Shown here piece after piece: positions 1 through 9,855 of a stretch of DNA of 64,000 bases; position 1 is the stretch's first letter; every line of letters starts with the position of its first letter. The DNA is from a bacterium (GTDB lineage: Bacteria; Patescibacteriota; Minisyncoccia; Phycocordibacterales; UBA12079), in NCBI GenBank assembly GCA_030641525.1, contig DAOWHH010000016.1, positions 1,073-65,072 on the forward strand, in the 5' to 3' direction. The position numbers were made by a program, and so were the translations under genes. The notes beneath the pieces were generated by a model that was not told the origin of the DNA, made no database searches, and saw nothing but the letters and a program-made list of their open reading frames with translations.

Positions 1-745
1 CAGCAACAGCAATTAAAACAGAAGATGCTTGAGATTTACCTATCACCCCCTTTAAAATTATAGGAATACTTATATCTGAATATTTTACTTCAAAATTAAT
101 CCCAGTCGGAATTGAGTTTTCATAAATAACTTCAATATCTGACCCTAAAACATCAACTCCTTCCTTATACCCAAAAGAAATTGTTTGTATTCCTTCAGCT
201 ACTTGAATAGAATTCACATTTTCATCATCACTGTTTTTTACAAAAATTCCTCCTGCTTTTAAGTATTTCACTAATTTCTTTTTTTCATCCATAAGGGCTT
301 GTGGAGATTTAAAAAATTCTACATGAACAGGAATTTTCGCAAAACGAGTAATAACTGCAATATCTGGTTTAAGCCATTTTGCTAGATTTTCTATATCACC
401 AGGAGCATCAGCCCCAACTTCAAGCACCATCCATTTAGGATAATTACTTTTAAATAATAAAAGTTTCAATCCAATTAAAATATTCTTCAACCATAAAAAA
501 GGATTATTCCAAGCATTTTCACATCCCAAAATAGTCAAAGGTACTCCTATTTCACTATTAAAACTTTTTTCACTTTTTCTTACAAAAAAAGATGAACTTA
601 AAACTGTATAAATAGTATCTTTGGTAGTAGTTTTCCCAACACTCCCTGTAACGGCTACTATTTTGGGTTTGTATTTTTTTAAAACTAATTTAGCTTCTAA
701 TTGTATAATAGAAATCACAACCTTTTTAAATATATTTTTTAACAT
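1..745 (-). CDS. murF: Mur ligase (MurF-like), truncated by window edge
   Basis: Manual translation from ATG at 745: MLKNIFKK...KIVAVTGSVGKTTTKD, then SFNSEIGVP and LEVGADAPGDI motifs; lies downstream of the PBP in the dcw cluster. Confidence 0.85.
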   Translation of the reverse strand, partial: MLKNIFKKVVISIIQLEAKLVLKKYKPKIVAVTGSVGKTTTKDTIYTVLSSSFFVRKSEKSFNSEIGVPLTILGCENAWNNPFLWLKNILIGLKLLLFKSNYPKWMVLEVGADAPGDIENLAKWLKPDIAVITRFAKIPVHVEFFKSPQALMDEKKKLVKYLKAGGIFVKNSDDENVNSIQVAEGIQTISFGYKEGVDVLGSDIEVIYENSIPTGINFEVKYSDISIPIILKGVIGKSQASSVLIAVA

Positions 746-772
746 TACCTGTATTATAACTTATTTTCATAG

Positions 773-802
773 AAAAAGGCGCCTGCAAAGCAGGCGCCTT
801 TT
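773..802. terminator. Hairpin with A/T tails, probable intrinsic terminator
   Basis: aaaaaggcgcctgc-aaa-gcaggcgccttttt perfect inverted repeat. Confidence 0.7.
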
Positions 803-841
803 TTTAACTTCCTCTCTAAAAAATTAAAATAAAATTTTATT

Positions 842-2563
842 TTAATTTTCCCTCCCATTCTCTCTGTCAGGAATAACTTCATAATAATTAATTAGAAATC
901 TGAAAATATCCATAAAAGGATGTGTAAGAGTTTGTGATGAATATTTAACTTCTTTTGGATCTATTATATACAAAAAAACCAAAAACTCTGGTTTACTTGC
1001 AGGAAAATAACCAAAAAAACTATGTAAATATTTATTTTCGTAATAACCCCCTATATTTTCTCTCACCATTTGAGCAGTTCCTGTCTTTGCAGCAATAAGA
1101 TAATCATCTGATTTTACAGTTCCACCCAATAAAGCATCATCAACCACAACAGATAACATTCTACTTATTTCCCTACTAGTTTCTTCTTTAAAAATTCTCT
1201 CATTTTCATAAAAAAGTTTTTCAGATGGCATTATGTCATATTCTATTTCCTTAACTAGATGAGGTGTAATTAAAAAACCTCCATTAGCTAAAGTACAAAG
1301 AGCTTTGACTGCACCAATTGGTGTTATCGCAATTCCCTGCCCAAATGATGCCGTGGCATATTCAATATCTCTATTACTTTCAAGATTTGAAAGTAATCCA
1401 TAGGTTTCGTTTGGTAAATCTATTCCTGTCTCCTCTCCTAAACCCAAATCAAATAAATATTTTGCGAATTTTTTATTACCAATTTCTTGAGCTACAAAAA
1501 CTGCCCCTAGATTTAAAGATTGATTCAAAATCTGTTGAAGCTCTACAACACCCCTAGCTTTTCCATCATAATTTGAAATAGTTTTTCCATCTAAAGTTAT
1601 AGACCCTTTGTCATTATAAATAGTATCAGCTGACACAGCTCCTGTATCAAGACCAATAGCTACAGTTAAAGCCTTTATAATAGATCCCATTTCATATACA
1701 TTTTCAACCATAGGATTCCCAAATTTTATACCTTCTGCTTTATTAAAATTATTTGAATCAAAGGTAGGAGAAAAACCTAAGGCGTAAATTTCTCCATTAT
1801 TGGGATTTATAATTATTCCTCCCGCCAATTCTGTTTTCCAATTATCAGAAAGTTCTTCCAGTCTATTTTCCAAATAATTTTGAACAGAAGGTTCAATAGT
1901 CATAATAATATCTCCCTCTTTTTTTATACCCTCTTCAAGAATAACTTGATTTAAATTAGAAAAAATTTCAGCAAAAAAATTAACAAAAAGATTTTTACTT
2001 TCTCTTTGTAATAAATAATCATAATATTTTTCCACCCCATAAATACCCTCTAAAGAATCTCCGTTATAAGCAACAAAACCTAATGTATGAGAAGCTAAAT
2101 TATTTCCAGGATAAAAACGCCATTTATCCATTTCTAAAGAAACACCTATTAAATCTAATTCCCTTATTTTTTCTGCTGACTCAAAATCAAGTCTATCTTT
2201 TATTTCTTCATAAGGATCACCTTTTTTATTAGCTCTGTATAAAAAGATATCTTTATCTATTTCTATAATATTTGATAGCTTTTCATAAACATCTTCAGCA
2301 TTTTCTATTAAATTAGGATTAATAGTTAATTTAAAACCAGAAATTGTCATTCCAGCAGAAAATTTTTTATCATCTTTATATTCAAAAAAAATATTACCTC
2401 TATTAAAGGTATTCTTGGGTTGAATATATTGTCTATTTGCTTCCCTACCATATTCCTCTCCTTTTACAATTTGCACTATATACAACTGAGCTATGATAAC
2501 GAAGAAAAATAAAAAAAACCCTAAACCTAAGAGTTTTATTCTAAAATTATATATATGCTTCAT
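842..2563 (-). CDS. ftsI: Class B penicillin-binding protein (FtsI/PBP2 family)
   Basis: N-terminal TM, RGNIF, EMGSIIK (SxxK), SLN (SxN) and KTGT motifs; dcw context. Confidence 0.9.
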   Translation of the reverse strand: MKHIYNFRIKLLGLGFFLFFFVIIAQLYIVQIVKGEEYGREANRQYIQPKNTFNRGNIFFEYKDDKKFSAGMTISGFKLTINPNLIENAEDVYEKLSNIIEIDKDIFLYRANKKGDPYEEIKDRLDFESAEKIRELDLIGVSLEMDKWRFYPGNNLASHTLGFVAYNGDSLEGIYGVEKYYDYLLQRESKNLFVNFFAEIFSNLNQVILEEGIKKEGDIIMTIEPSVQNYLENRLEELSDNWKTELAGGIIINPNNGEIYALGFSPTFDSNNFNKAEGIKFGNPMVENVYEMGSIIKALTVAIGLDTGAVSADTIYNDKGSITLDGKTISNYDGKARGVVELQQILNQSLNLGAVFVAQEIGNKKFAKYLFDLGLGEETGIDLPNETYGLLSNLESNRDIEYATASFGQGIAITPIGAVKALCTLANGGFLITPHLVKEIEYDIMPSEKLFYENERIFKEETSREISRMLSVVVDDALLGGTVKSDDYLIAAKTGTAQMVRENIGGYYENKYLHSFFGYFPASKPEFLVFLYIIDPKEVKYSSQTLTHPFMDIFRFLINYYEVIPDRENGREN

Positions 2564-2574
2564 TATAGATTTTC

Positions 2575-2889
2575 TTAATTAACCAAAGAAAGCTTATCAT
2601 TAACAACCCTTCTATCTACGAACTTAATATTTGAAGCTTCAATAAAACCAATGGTTTTTGCCATATTAAAATTAATATCTTTTTTCAAGGACATATATTC
2701 AAATTCTAATTTCCCTATATTTGAATCCATATCCACCATCTCTTGTGCAATACTTTTATAAATAGCAATATTCATTGTTATTTGTGTAATAAAATATACA
2801 TACACCACAGACAATGACAATACAGAAAAAGACAAGAATATAAAAATCCTCTTTTTATTTAAATTATTTATTTGTGTTATTGCTTCCAT
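2575..2889 (-). CDS. FtsL-like bitopic coiled-coil cell division protein
   Basis: Single TM followed by coiled coil; position between rsmH and ftsI. Confidence 0.6.
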   Translation of the reverse strand: MEAITQINNLNKKRIFIFLSFSVLSLSVVYVYFITQITMNIAIYKSIAQEMVDMDSNIGKLEFEYMSLKKDINFNMAKTIGFIEASNIKFVDRRVVNDKLSLVN

Positions 2890-2893
2890 ATAT

Positions 2894-2995
2894 TTAGCTT
2901 TCTAGCTTTTTAGCTTTTTAGCTTTTTAGCTGGCTAGCTTCTTAGGAGAAAAATCGCTTTGCGATTTTTCCTCTAAGAAGCTAATTAGCTAATTC
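2894..2995. repeat. Long hairpin: degenerate tagcttt tandem arms around the apex aaaaatcgctttgcgattttt
   Basis: Same or near-identical apex at ~12636, ~15650, ~33636, ~42760. Confidence 0.8.
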
Positions 2996-3883
2996 CTAAC
3001 TCCCTAATTTGATTGCTCTCAATTTAGCACTACGCGATCTTGGATTATTTTTTATTTCCTCTCTACTAGGAATAATTGGCTTTTTAGTTAAAATTAATCC
3101 TTCTTTATTTTCTTTTAATTTTCTAAAATAATTCTTTACTACTCTATCTTCCAAACTATGAAAAGAAACAATTGCTATTATTCCTCCTTCATTTAAAAGT
3201 CCAAAAGCTTTTTCTAATCCCATTTTTAAAGATCCTATCTCATCGTTTACAGTAATTCTTAAAGCCTGAAAAGTTTTAGTAGCATAATGTAGTCTTTTTG
3301 ATTGATACCATTTAGGTACCGCCTTTTTAATAATCTCTACTAATTCAAAAGTGCTTTCAATAGTTTTTTCTTTTCTTGCTAAAACAATTTCTTTAGCAAT
3401 TTCTTTAGCAAATCTTTCTTCTCCGTACCCAGAAATGATATCTGAAATATTGTCCTCGTCCCAATTATTTACAATTTCTTTAGCTATTAAATCGTCAGAG
3501 CTTGGTTTTTTTTTAAAGGTCATCAGAAGTGGTTCGTTTTTTTGAAAAGAAAAACCTCTTCCTGAATCTTCTAATTGATCAGAACTAAATCCTAAATCAA
3601 AAACTATTTTATCCACCTTTTTAATATCCAATTCTTTCAAAACCTTATCTAGATTTCTGAAATTTTCATTTACCAAATGTCTTCTACAATTTACTTTCAT
3701 TTCTCTCACTCTTTCAAGAGCTGAAATATCTTGATCTAAACCAATAACCATTCCTGATTTTCCAATCTTTTTACATATTTCATTTAGATAACCACCTCCA
3801 CCCACTGTTCCGTCTAAAACAATATCCTTTTCCTGAATATCTAATATATTTATTACCTCATTTAAAAGAACTGGTTTGTGCAT
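2996..3883 (-). CDS. rsmH: 16S rRNA m4C1402 methyltransferase
   Basis: MHKPVLL, DGTVGGGG, DLGFSS, SFHSLEDR, NPRSRSAKLR motifs. Confidence 0.97.
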   Translation of the reverse strand: MHKPVLLNEVINILDIQEKDIVLDGTVGGGGYLNEICKKIGKSGMVIGLDQDISALERVREMKVNCRRHLVNENFRNLDKVLKELDIKKVDKIVFDLGFSSDQLEDSGRGFSFQKNEPLLMTFKKKPSSDDLIAKEIVNNWDEDNISDIISGYGEERFAKEIAKEIVLARKEKTIESTFELVEIIKKAVPKWYQSKRLHYATKTFQALRITVNDEIGSLKMGLEKAFGLLNEGGIIAIVSFHSLEDRVVKNYFRKLKENKEGLILTKKPIIPSREEIKNNPRSRSAKLRAIKLGS

Positions 3884-3884
3884 A

Positions 3885-4319
3885 TTAAATAACCCCTATT
3901 TCTCCTAATTTCTCAGCCAATATATCTGCCTGACCTTCAATTTTTTCTTTATAAGTTTTCCAAATCTTTTCATCCCAAATTTCAATATGATCACTCACTC
4001 CGGCAAAAACTACTTTCGTTTTTAATTTTCCATAACTCTTTAAAAAATCTGGAACCAAAACTCTACCAATAGAATCAAGTGATACTTCCGTAGCTCCGGC
4101 TACCATTAATCTTTTAAAACCTCGTTGATCTGCTTGACCCATAGAAAGTCCTGCTAATTTTTCTGATACTTTTTTCCATTCAGACATAGCGTAAACATAA
4201 ATACAATCATCAGAACCTTTTGTCATAATCATTTTTTTTCCCATAACACCACGAAATTTTGTAGGTAACGAAACCCTTTTTTTAGAATCTATAGTATGTG
4301 TATACTCTCCTATCAACAT
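3885..4319 (-). CDS. mraZ: Division/cell wall cluster transcriptional repressor
   Basis: MLIGEYTHTIDSKKRVSLP and DSIGRVLVP AbrB-like repeats; start set at ATG 4319 rather than the ORF-track GTG. Confidence 0.95.
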   Translation of the reverse strand: MLIGEYTHTIDSKKRVSLPTKFRGVMGKKMIMTKGSDDCIYVYAMSEWKKVSEKLAGLSMGQADQRGFKRLMVAGATEVSLDSIGRVLVPDFLKSYGKLKTKVVFAGVSDHIEIWDEKIWKTYKEKIEGQADILAEKLGEIGVI

Positions 4320-4336
4320 AATATTTAAAATGTATT

Positions 4337-4352
4337 TACCACCTTTTCCCAC
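4337..4352 (-). promoter_or_regulatory. Probable MraZ operator boxes
   Basis: GTGGGA-aaag-GTGGTA, a GTGG repeat with 10-nt period just upstream of mraZ, matching known MraZ binding repeats. Confidence 0.6.
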
Positions 4353-4410
4353 TTAGATAATATTTTATAACACAAACGCCCACAACACAAATATAGTTAT
4401 CCACATATCC

Positions 4411-4497
4411 CCCTAAAACACTTTATTTTTTAAAATTGAAAATTTCAAAAATAAAGTGTTCGGGCGAACACTCTTGTTTTGCAAGAGTGTTTTAGCC
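4411..4497. repeat. Bipartite palindromic element (CCTAA-stem-CGG + CGAAC-stem-GTTTTAG)
   Basis: ccctaaaacactttattttt...aaaaataaagtgttcgggcgaacactcttg-tttt-gcaagagtgttttagcc; relatives at 15832-15960 and 36765-36829. Confidence 0.75.
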
Positions 4498-4606
4498 ATA
4501 AACACCTCACCAACCATATTTTCAAAAAACTTAGTAATCCAACTACTAAGTGAATGAAATATACTAACTTATTCAAATATCCCTCCTATTTTGCTATAAT
4601 AAGAAT

Positions 4607-6576
4607 ATGAAAGAGAATGAAAAAACTAAAAAAACTCTTGAAGAAACAATAATTATTACTACTAAAAGAATAGGAATTATTAGACTTTCTGGTAACGATA
4701 AAATAGAAATACCAGAAAATAATCTAAATACTGCTTTAAACGGAGATTTAATTGAGGTATCTTTAGAAAAAAAACCTCGAGTAATAAATGTAATAAAAAG
4801 AGCTAAGAATAAATTCGTCGGAACAATCTATAGAAAAGATGATGTTTATTTCTTAACCCCAGATGATTTTAGATTTTATCCCCACCTAGAACTTGCTCGT
4901 CCAGTAAGTGGTGTTGGAATTCCTAGTGAATTCTCTAACTTAAAGGAAGATATCTCAAATGGAAATACTAAAGTATTAATTGAGATGTCTGAATGGACAA
5001 ATCCGAAAGAAAACCCTGTAGGAAAAATAATAAAAATATTGGGTAGAAAAGGAGAGAATAATACTGAAATGGAAGCTATTCTTTATGGAAAAGGTTTTGA
5101 CACAAGCTTTCCTCAAGAAGTTGAAGAAGAAGCCAATAAAATTAAAAATACAGCCACTAAAGAATTTGCAAAAGAAATTAAAAAAAGAAAAGATATAAGA
5201 AAAACCACAACCTTTACTATTGATCCTGATGATGCTAAAGATTTTGACGACGCCTTATCTTTTAAAAAACTAAAAGATGGTAATTATGAAATTGGTATTC
5301 ATATTGCAGATGTCACTCATTATGTAAAAATAAATTCAATTATTGATAAAGAAGCTATAAGTAGAGCCACTTCAGTTTATTTAGTAGACAGAACTATTCC
5401 AATGCTTCCAGAAATTCTATCTAATAACTTATGTTCTCTAAACCCCGATGAAGATAAACTTACCTATTCCGTTATTTTCACAATAAATAAAAATACTCAA
5501 ATAATAGATACTTGGTTTGGAGAAACTATTATCCATTCAGATAAAAGATTTACCTATAAGGAAGCTCAGGGTAATTTAGATAGAGGAAAAGGTGATTTTT
5601 ATGAAGAATTAAAAATTCTAGATGAATTGGCTAAAAAAATAAGAAAAGAACGAGCTAAAAAAGGAGCTATCTCTTTTGGAAGTAATGAATATAAATTCAC
5701 TCTTGATGAAGACGGAAAAGCTATTGATGTACATAAAAAAGAGCTAATGCAAACTAATGATTTAATTGAGGATTTTATGCTTTTAGCTAATAAAGCTGTA
5801 GCCGAATTTATTCATAATCAAGAAAAGAAATTAAAAATAGAAATACCTTTTGTTTATCGTATTCACGATATTCCTAAAGTAGATCAAATTAAAGAATTAG
5901 CCGATTTTCTTAAAAAGACAGGTTATCACTTAAGTATCAAAAAAATAAAGTATCCTCACGAGATTTAAATAATTTATTAGAAAAAATAGAAGGTGAGCCC
6001 GAAGAAAATCTAATCGCTACTGCTATGCTTAAATCAATGGCCAAAGCTATTTATTCCACTCAAAATATTGGACATTATGGTTTAGCTTTTGAACATTATA
6101 CTCATTTTACATCCCCTATTCGTCGTTATCCTGATATGATGGTTCATCGTTTAATGAAAAAATATTTAGCAGGTGAAAATATATCTCCTCGTTCAATCAA
6201 AAAATATAAAGAATTAACTTCCCGATCAACCCAACAAGAAATAGCAGCTGTAGATGCTGAAAGGAATTCTGTTAGATATAAATTTACAGAATTTATGTCA
6301 GATAAAATAGGAGAAGAATTTGAAGGTGTTATTTCTGGAATTACTAAATGGGGAGTATATGTTCAAATAGAAAACGGAGCTAATGGAATGATAAGTCTTA
6401 GAACTTTGAAAAACGATTATTATGATCTTGATACGAAAAATTATAGTTTAGTTGGACAAAAAACAAGAACTAAATATTCTCTTGGAGATAAAATAAAAGT
6501 CCGTTTAATAAAAACAAATATAGACCGACAATTAATCGATTTTGAAATCTCCGGAGGTTCAACCTCCGGAGGTTAA
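4607..6576 (+). CDS. rnr: Ribonuclease R, split by a one-base frameshift at the A7 run 5939-5945
   Basis: TIDPDDAKDFDDA, HFTSPIRRYPD, C-terminal S1 domain; adding one A joins ORFs 4607-5968 and 6025-6576 through NKVSSRDLNNLLEKIEGEPEENLIATA. Confidence 0.9.
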
Positions 6577-6590
6577 ATTTGAATGCTTAT

Positions 6591-8879
6591 TTATTTCGCT
6601 ACCTGTACTGCCTCACCAAATTGAATAGATAATAATTTTGATACCCCATCAGCCCCCATCGTCACACCATAAAGAATATTAGCTCGTGACATAGTTTCCC
6701 TATTATGGGTAATTAAAATTAATTGAGAAAGTTCCGATAATTTCTCAATCATATCTCCATATTTCTTTGAATTAGCTTCATCAAGAGCAGCGTCAGTTTC
6801 ATCTAAAACAATAAAAGGAGGTGGGTTTACTTGTGACATAGCAAAAAGTAATGCAATGGAGGTTAAAGACCTTTCTCCTCCTGATAACATTTGAAGACCT
6901 TTTGTCTTTTTGTTCGGCAAAGAAACATTAACCTCAATTCCTTTTTCATCATTTATTTCTTCTTCCTCTTCCACTTCAGCAATTAAATCTTCTTCATCCA
7001 AATTCAAATCCGTATCTTTTTTCCGACGAACAATTTTTTCCTTAACCAAACTCAGATTAGCTTTTCCCCCTCCAAACATAAGAGTAAAAAATTCTTGAAA
7101 TTGTTTATCAATTTTTTCTAACCCATCTTTAAATTCTACTTCTAGTTTTTCTTTAAGTTCTTCAATCAAAGCCACTAAAGATTCTGCTGATTTTTCTAGG
7201 TCTTCTATTTCATTAATCAAAAACTCATCTCTTTTTTGAACCTCTTCATATTCCTGAACTATATCCTCACCAGAACCTCCCCCTGAATCTTCTATTAAGA
7301 TCTTAATCCTTTCAATCTTCTTCAATCTTTCTGTTTGTGTTTCTCTCATCTCATTAACTATATCTGATATAGATAAAATATTCCTATTTTCATCTTCTAA
7401 TTTTAAATCCTTAATTTGTATAGCATCTCTCCCTACCAAAACATAAGATTCTGTCATTTCTTTTTTATAATTCTCATCAGCTAAGATTATTTTTTCTTCT
7501 AAGTTTTGTAGAGAATTTAATTCTGATTTAATCTCACTTTGTTTAGCAGATATCTCAAAAACTGCCAATTCAGCTCCCCTATTAGAATCTTTTTCTTTTT
7601 CTATTTCAGATTTAAGAATATTAAACTTAGATAAAATTCCAGTCTCTTGTTTCTTAATATCCATAACCTCTTTTTCAATCTTTTCTTTTTCTAAATTTAA
7701 TTCATTTAATTTATCATCTGTTTTAACATCACCTTCCTCTACTAATTCAGTATTGGAATATTTCTTAATAAATTGAGAAAAAGATTCTTTAATTCTTTTC
7801 AATACTCCTTTTATTTGGGCAATATCTTCTAGATTATCAGCTAATTTAATTTGGTCATTTATTTCTAACTCTAGATTTTTAACCTTCTCAAAATCAATCC
7901 TTATTTCATTATCATTATTCTTTAAGGAAGGTTTTACTTCTAAAACAGAAATTGTCCCCTCCACTCTTCCTAATTTTAATGTTAATTCGTCTTTTTGAGA
8001 TCTAAAATTAGTTAATTGTTTTTCTAACTCAACCAAAGATCCTGACTTATCGTTATCTTTTTCTGAATTTTCTAAAATAGATTTTGCTTCCTTCAAATCT
8101 TTTTCTAATTGAGTTAATTTTATCAATAGAGGACTTTTATCTTTTTCTATTTTTTCTTTCCAATATTTTAAATAAATATCTTCTCTCTTAAAATATTCTT
8201 GATAAAGAATTTTTAACTCATTCCTCATCTCAAGAGTTTTTTCTATTTTAATTATTTGTTTTTTCAAAAATTTAAGATGAGGTACATTTTCTTTTCTTAA
8301 AGATTGAACCGAATCTATATTTTCTCTAACCTTGTCCAATTTCTTTTCACTAGCAATTCTTTTATATTGATAAATTTTTAACCCTAGAGCTTCTTCTATA
8401 ATCAATTTTCTCTCTTTAGGGTTTACATTTAAAATTTTATCAGCTTCACCTTGTGAAATAATATGATGACCAGAAGAACCTATATTCGCCCCTGCTAATA
8501 ATTCCGAAACATCTTTTAAACGAACTGGACTTTTATTAATAAAATATTGATTAACACCATCACGATGAACCTGTCTTTCTATTATTACCTCGTCATAATC
8601 AATATCCAAAAAACGACCTCTATTATCAAAAACAATTTTAACACTCGCCCTATTTCCTCTAGGAATAGATTGTGAACCATTAAATATCAAATCTTCTCCT
8701 CTTTTACCTCTCATCGTCTTAATAGATTGTTCACCTAAAGCAAAACGAAAAGCCTCAACCACATTTGATTTACCAGAACCATTAGGGCCTACAACAGACG
8801 ATATATTTGTATTAAATTCTAAAAAAGTCTTCTTGGCAAAAGACTTAAAACCCGCTATTTCTAACGATTTTAGATGCAT
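6591..8879 (-). CDS. smc: SMC family ATPase, short form (762 aa)
   Basis: GFKSF, GPNGSGKSN Walker A, LSGGE signature, LDETDAALD Walker B/D-loop, ITHN. Confidence 0.92.
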   Translation of the reverse strand: MHLKSLEIAGFKSFAKKTFLEFNTNISSVVGPNGSGKSNVVEAFRFALGEQSIKTMRGKRGEDLIFNGSQSIPRGNRASVKIVFDNRGRFLDIDYDEVIIERQVHRDGVNQYFINKSPVRLKDVSELLAGANIGSSGHHIISQGEADKILNVNPKERKLIIEEALGLKIYQYKRIASEKKLDKVRENIDSVQSLRKENVPHLKFLKKQIIKIEKTLEMRNELKILYQEYFKREDIYLKYWKEKIEKDKSPLLIKLTQLEKDLKEAKSILENSEKDNDKSGSLVELEKQLTNFRSQKDELTLKLGRVEGTISVLEVKPSLKNNDNEIRIDFEKVKNLELEINDQIKLADNLEDIAQIKGVLKRIKESFSQFIKKYSNTELVEEGDVKTDDKLNELNLEKEKIEKEVMDIKKQETGILSKFNILKSEIEKEKDSNRGAELAVFEISAKQSEIKSELNSLQNLEEKIILADENYKKEMTESYVLVGRDAIQIKDLKLEDENRNILSISDIVNEMRETQTERLKKIERIKILIEDSGGGSGEDIVQEYEEVQKRDEFLINEIEDLEKSAESLVALIEELKEKLEVEFKDGLEKIDKQFQEFFTLMFGGGKANLSLVKEKIVRRKKDTDLNLDEEDLIAEVEEEEEINDEKGIEVNVSLPNKKTKGLQMLSGGERSLTSIALLFAMSQVNPPPFIVLDETDAALDEANSKKYGDMIEKLSELSQLILITHNRETMSRANILYGVTMGADGVSKLLSIQFGEAVQVAK

Positions 8880-8922
8880 TGAGATAAGTATATCATAATT
8901 ATTTTATTAAAAAATGATAAAA

Positions 8923-9000
8923 AATAAAAAAGATATCTGGGGAGGTTGGGCCTCCCCAGATTAAAAGTTGGCTATGCGATAGCCGACTTTTTTAAATTTT
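8923..9000 (+). repeat. 78-bp direct repeat, copy 1 (two tandem hairpins)
   Basis: Identical to 9729-9806 except one base. Confidence 0.95.
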
Positions 9001-9116
9001 TAAACAATTTTCAATGCTCAAATACTTGACGAGATATGTACTATAATATATAATATAAATAAGTTTTTAAAGAGCAGTACCTTCCTAAATCAATTCCAAT
9101 TCAAAAGGAGAACAAG

Positions 9117-9659
9117 ATGAAAAAGCAAATAGTTAGTCTGTGTTTGTCCTTGTTTATTATGATGTTTTTGGTTGTAACTCAAGGATATGCACAGCAAACC
9201 AACAGAATGATATATCAAGATTCTTCAGTTAATATTTCTGTAGAGATTGATACTAAGGTTTGTTTAGATAAAGCATCGATAAAAACAAGTGGTGAAAAAA
9301 GGTGGACTCCATCAGCAGTCACTACTGATAATGTATCTTTCTATATCTCATTCCTGAAAAATGAAACAACTGGAATCGTTACCATTTTGTATAAAATAAC
9401 CTTTCCTTCATCATCGGGGAGTATGTTAATACTACCTCTGGTTTTTCTTGACACCAAAACAAAAGAAGAGCGATCTAAACTCATATCTGAATTACTTGAT
9501 TTCGCCAAAACAAGACTTACAAAAAAGGAGTTTGTTTGGTTTAAAACCAATATCAATGGGATACCCTCAATAAGAAACCGTTTGGATGTAGGTTGGGTCT
9601 ACTTCGGGAACTCTTCTGACAACATCCTCAATAAAACATGTTTAGGGGACGGAGAATAG
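9117..9659 (+). CDS. Hypothetical secreted protein
   Basis: Signal-peptide-like N-terminus (MKKQIV...GYA), AGGAG RBS, terminator at 9682-9720. Confidence 0.75.
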   Translation: MKKQIVSLCLSLFIMMFLVVTQGYAQQTNRMIYQDSSVNISVEIDTKVCLDKASIKTSGEKRWTPSAVTTDNVSFYISFLKNETTGIVTILYKITFPSSSGSMLILPLVFLDTKTKEERSKLISELLDFAKTRLTKKEFVWFKTNINGIPSIRNRLDVGWVYFGNSSDNILNKTCLGDGE

Positions 9660-9728
9660 ACACCCTGTTCCTTTTGAAAACCAAACCCTCACGAAACTGC
9701 AAAGTGTCGTGAGGGTTTTTCTATTTTT

Positions 9729-9806
9729 AATAAAAAAGATATCTGGGGAGGTTGGACCTCCCCAGATTAAAAGTTGGCTATGCGATAGCCGACTTTTTTA
9801 AATTTT
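9729..9806 (+). repeat. 78-bp direct repeat, copy 2
   Basis: See 8923-9000. Confidence 0.95.
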
Positions 9807-9855
9807 CACAGTTAAAATTTGCATTAAAATCAATTATGTTGTATTACTATTGGCT

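Noticed and set aside
4397-4405. Replication origin suggested by the DnaA box TTATCCACA (another at 43081-43089)
   Set aside because: Isolated single boxes with no cluster and no dnaA/dnaN nearby
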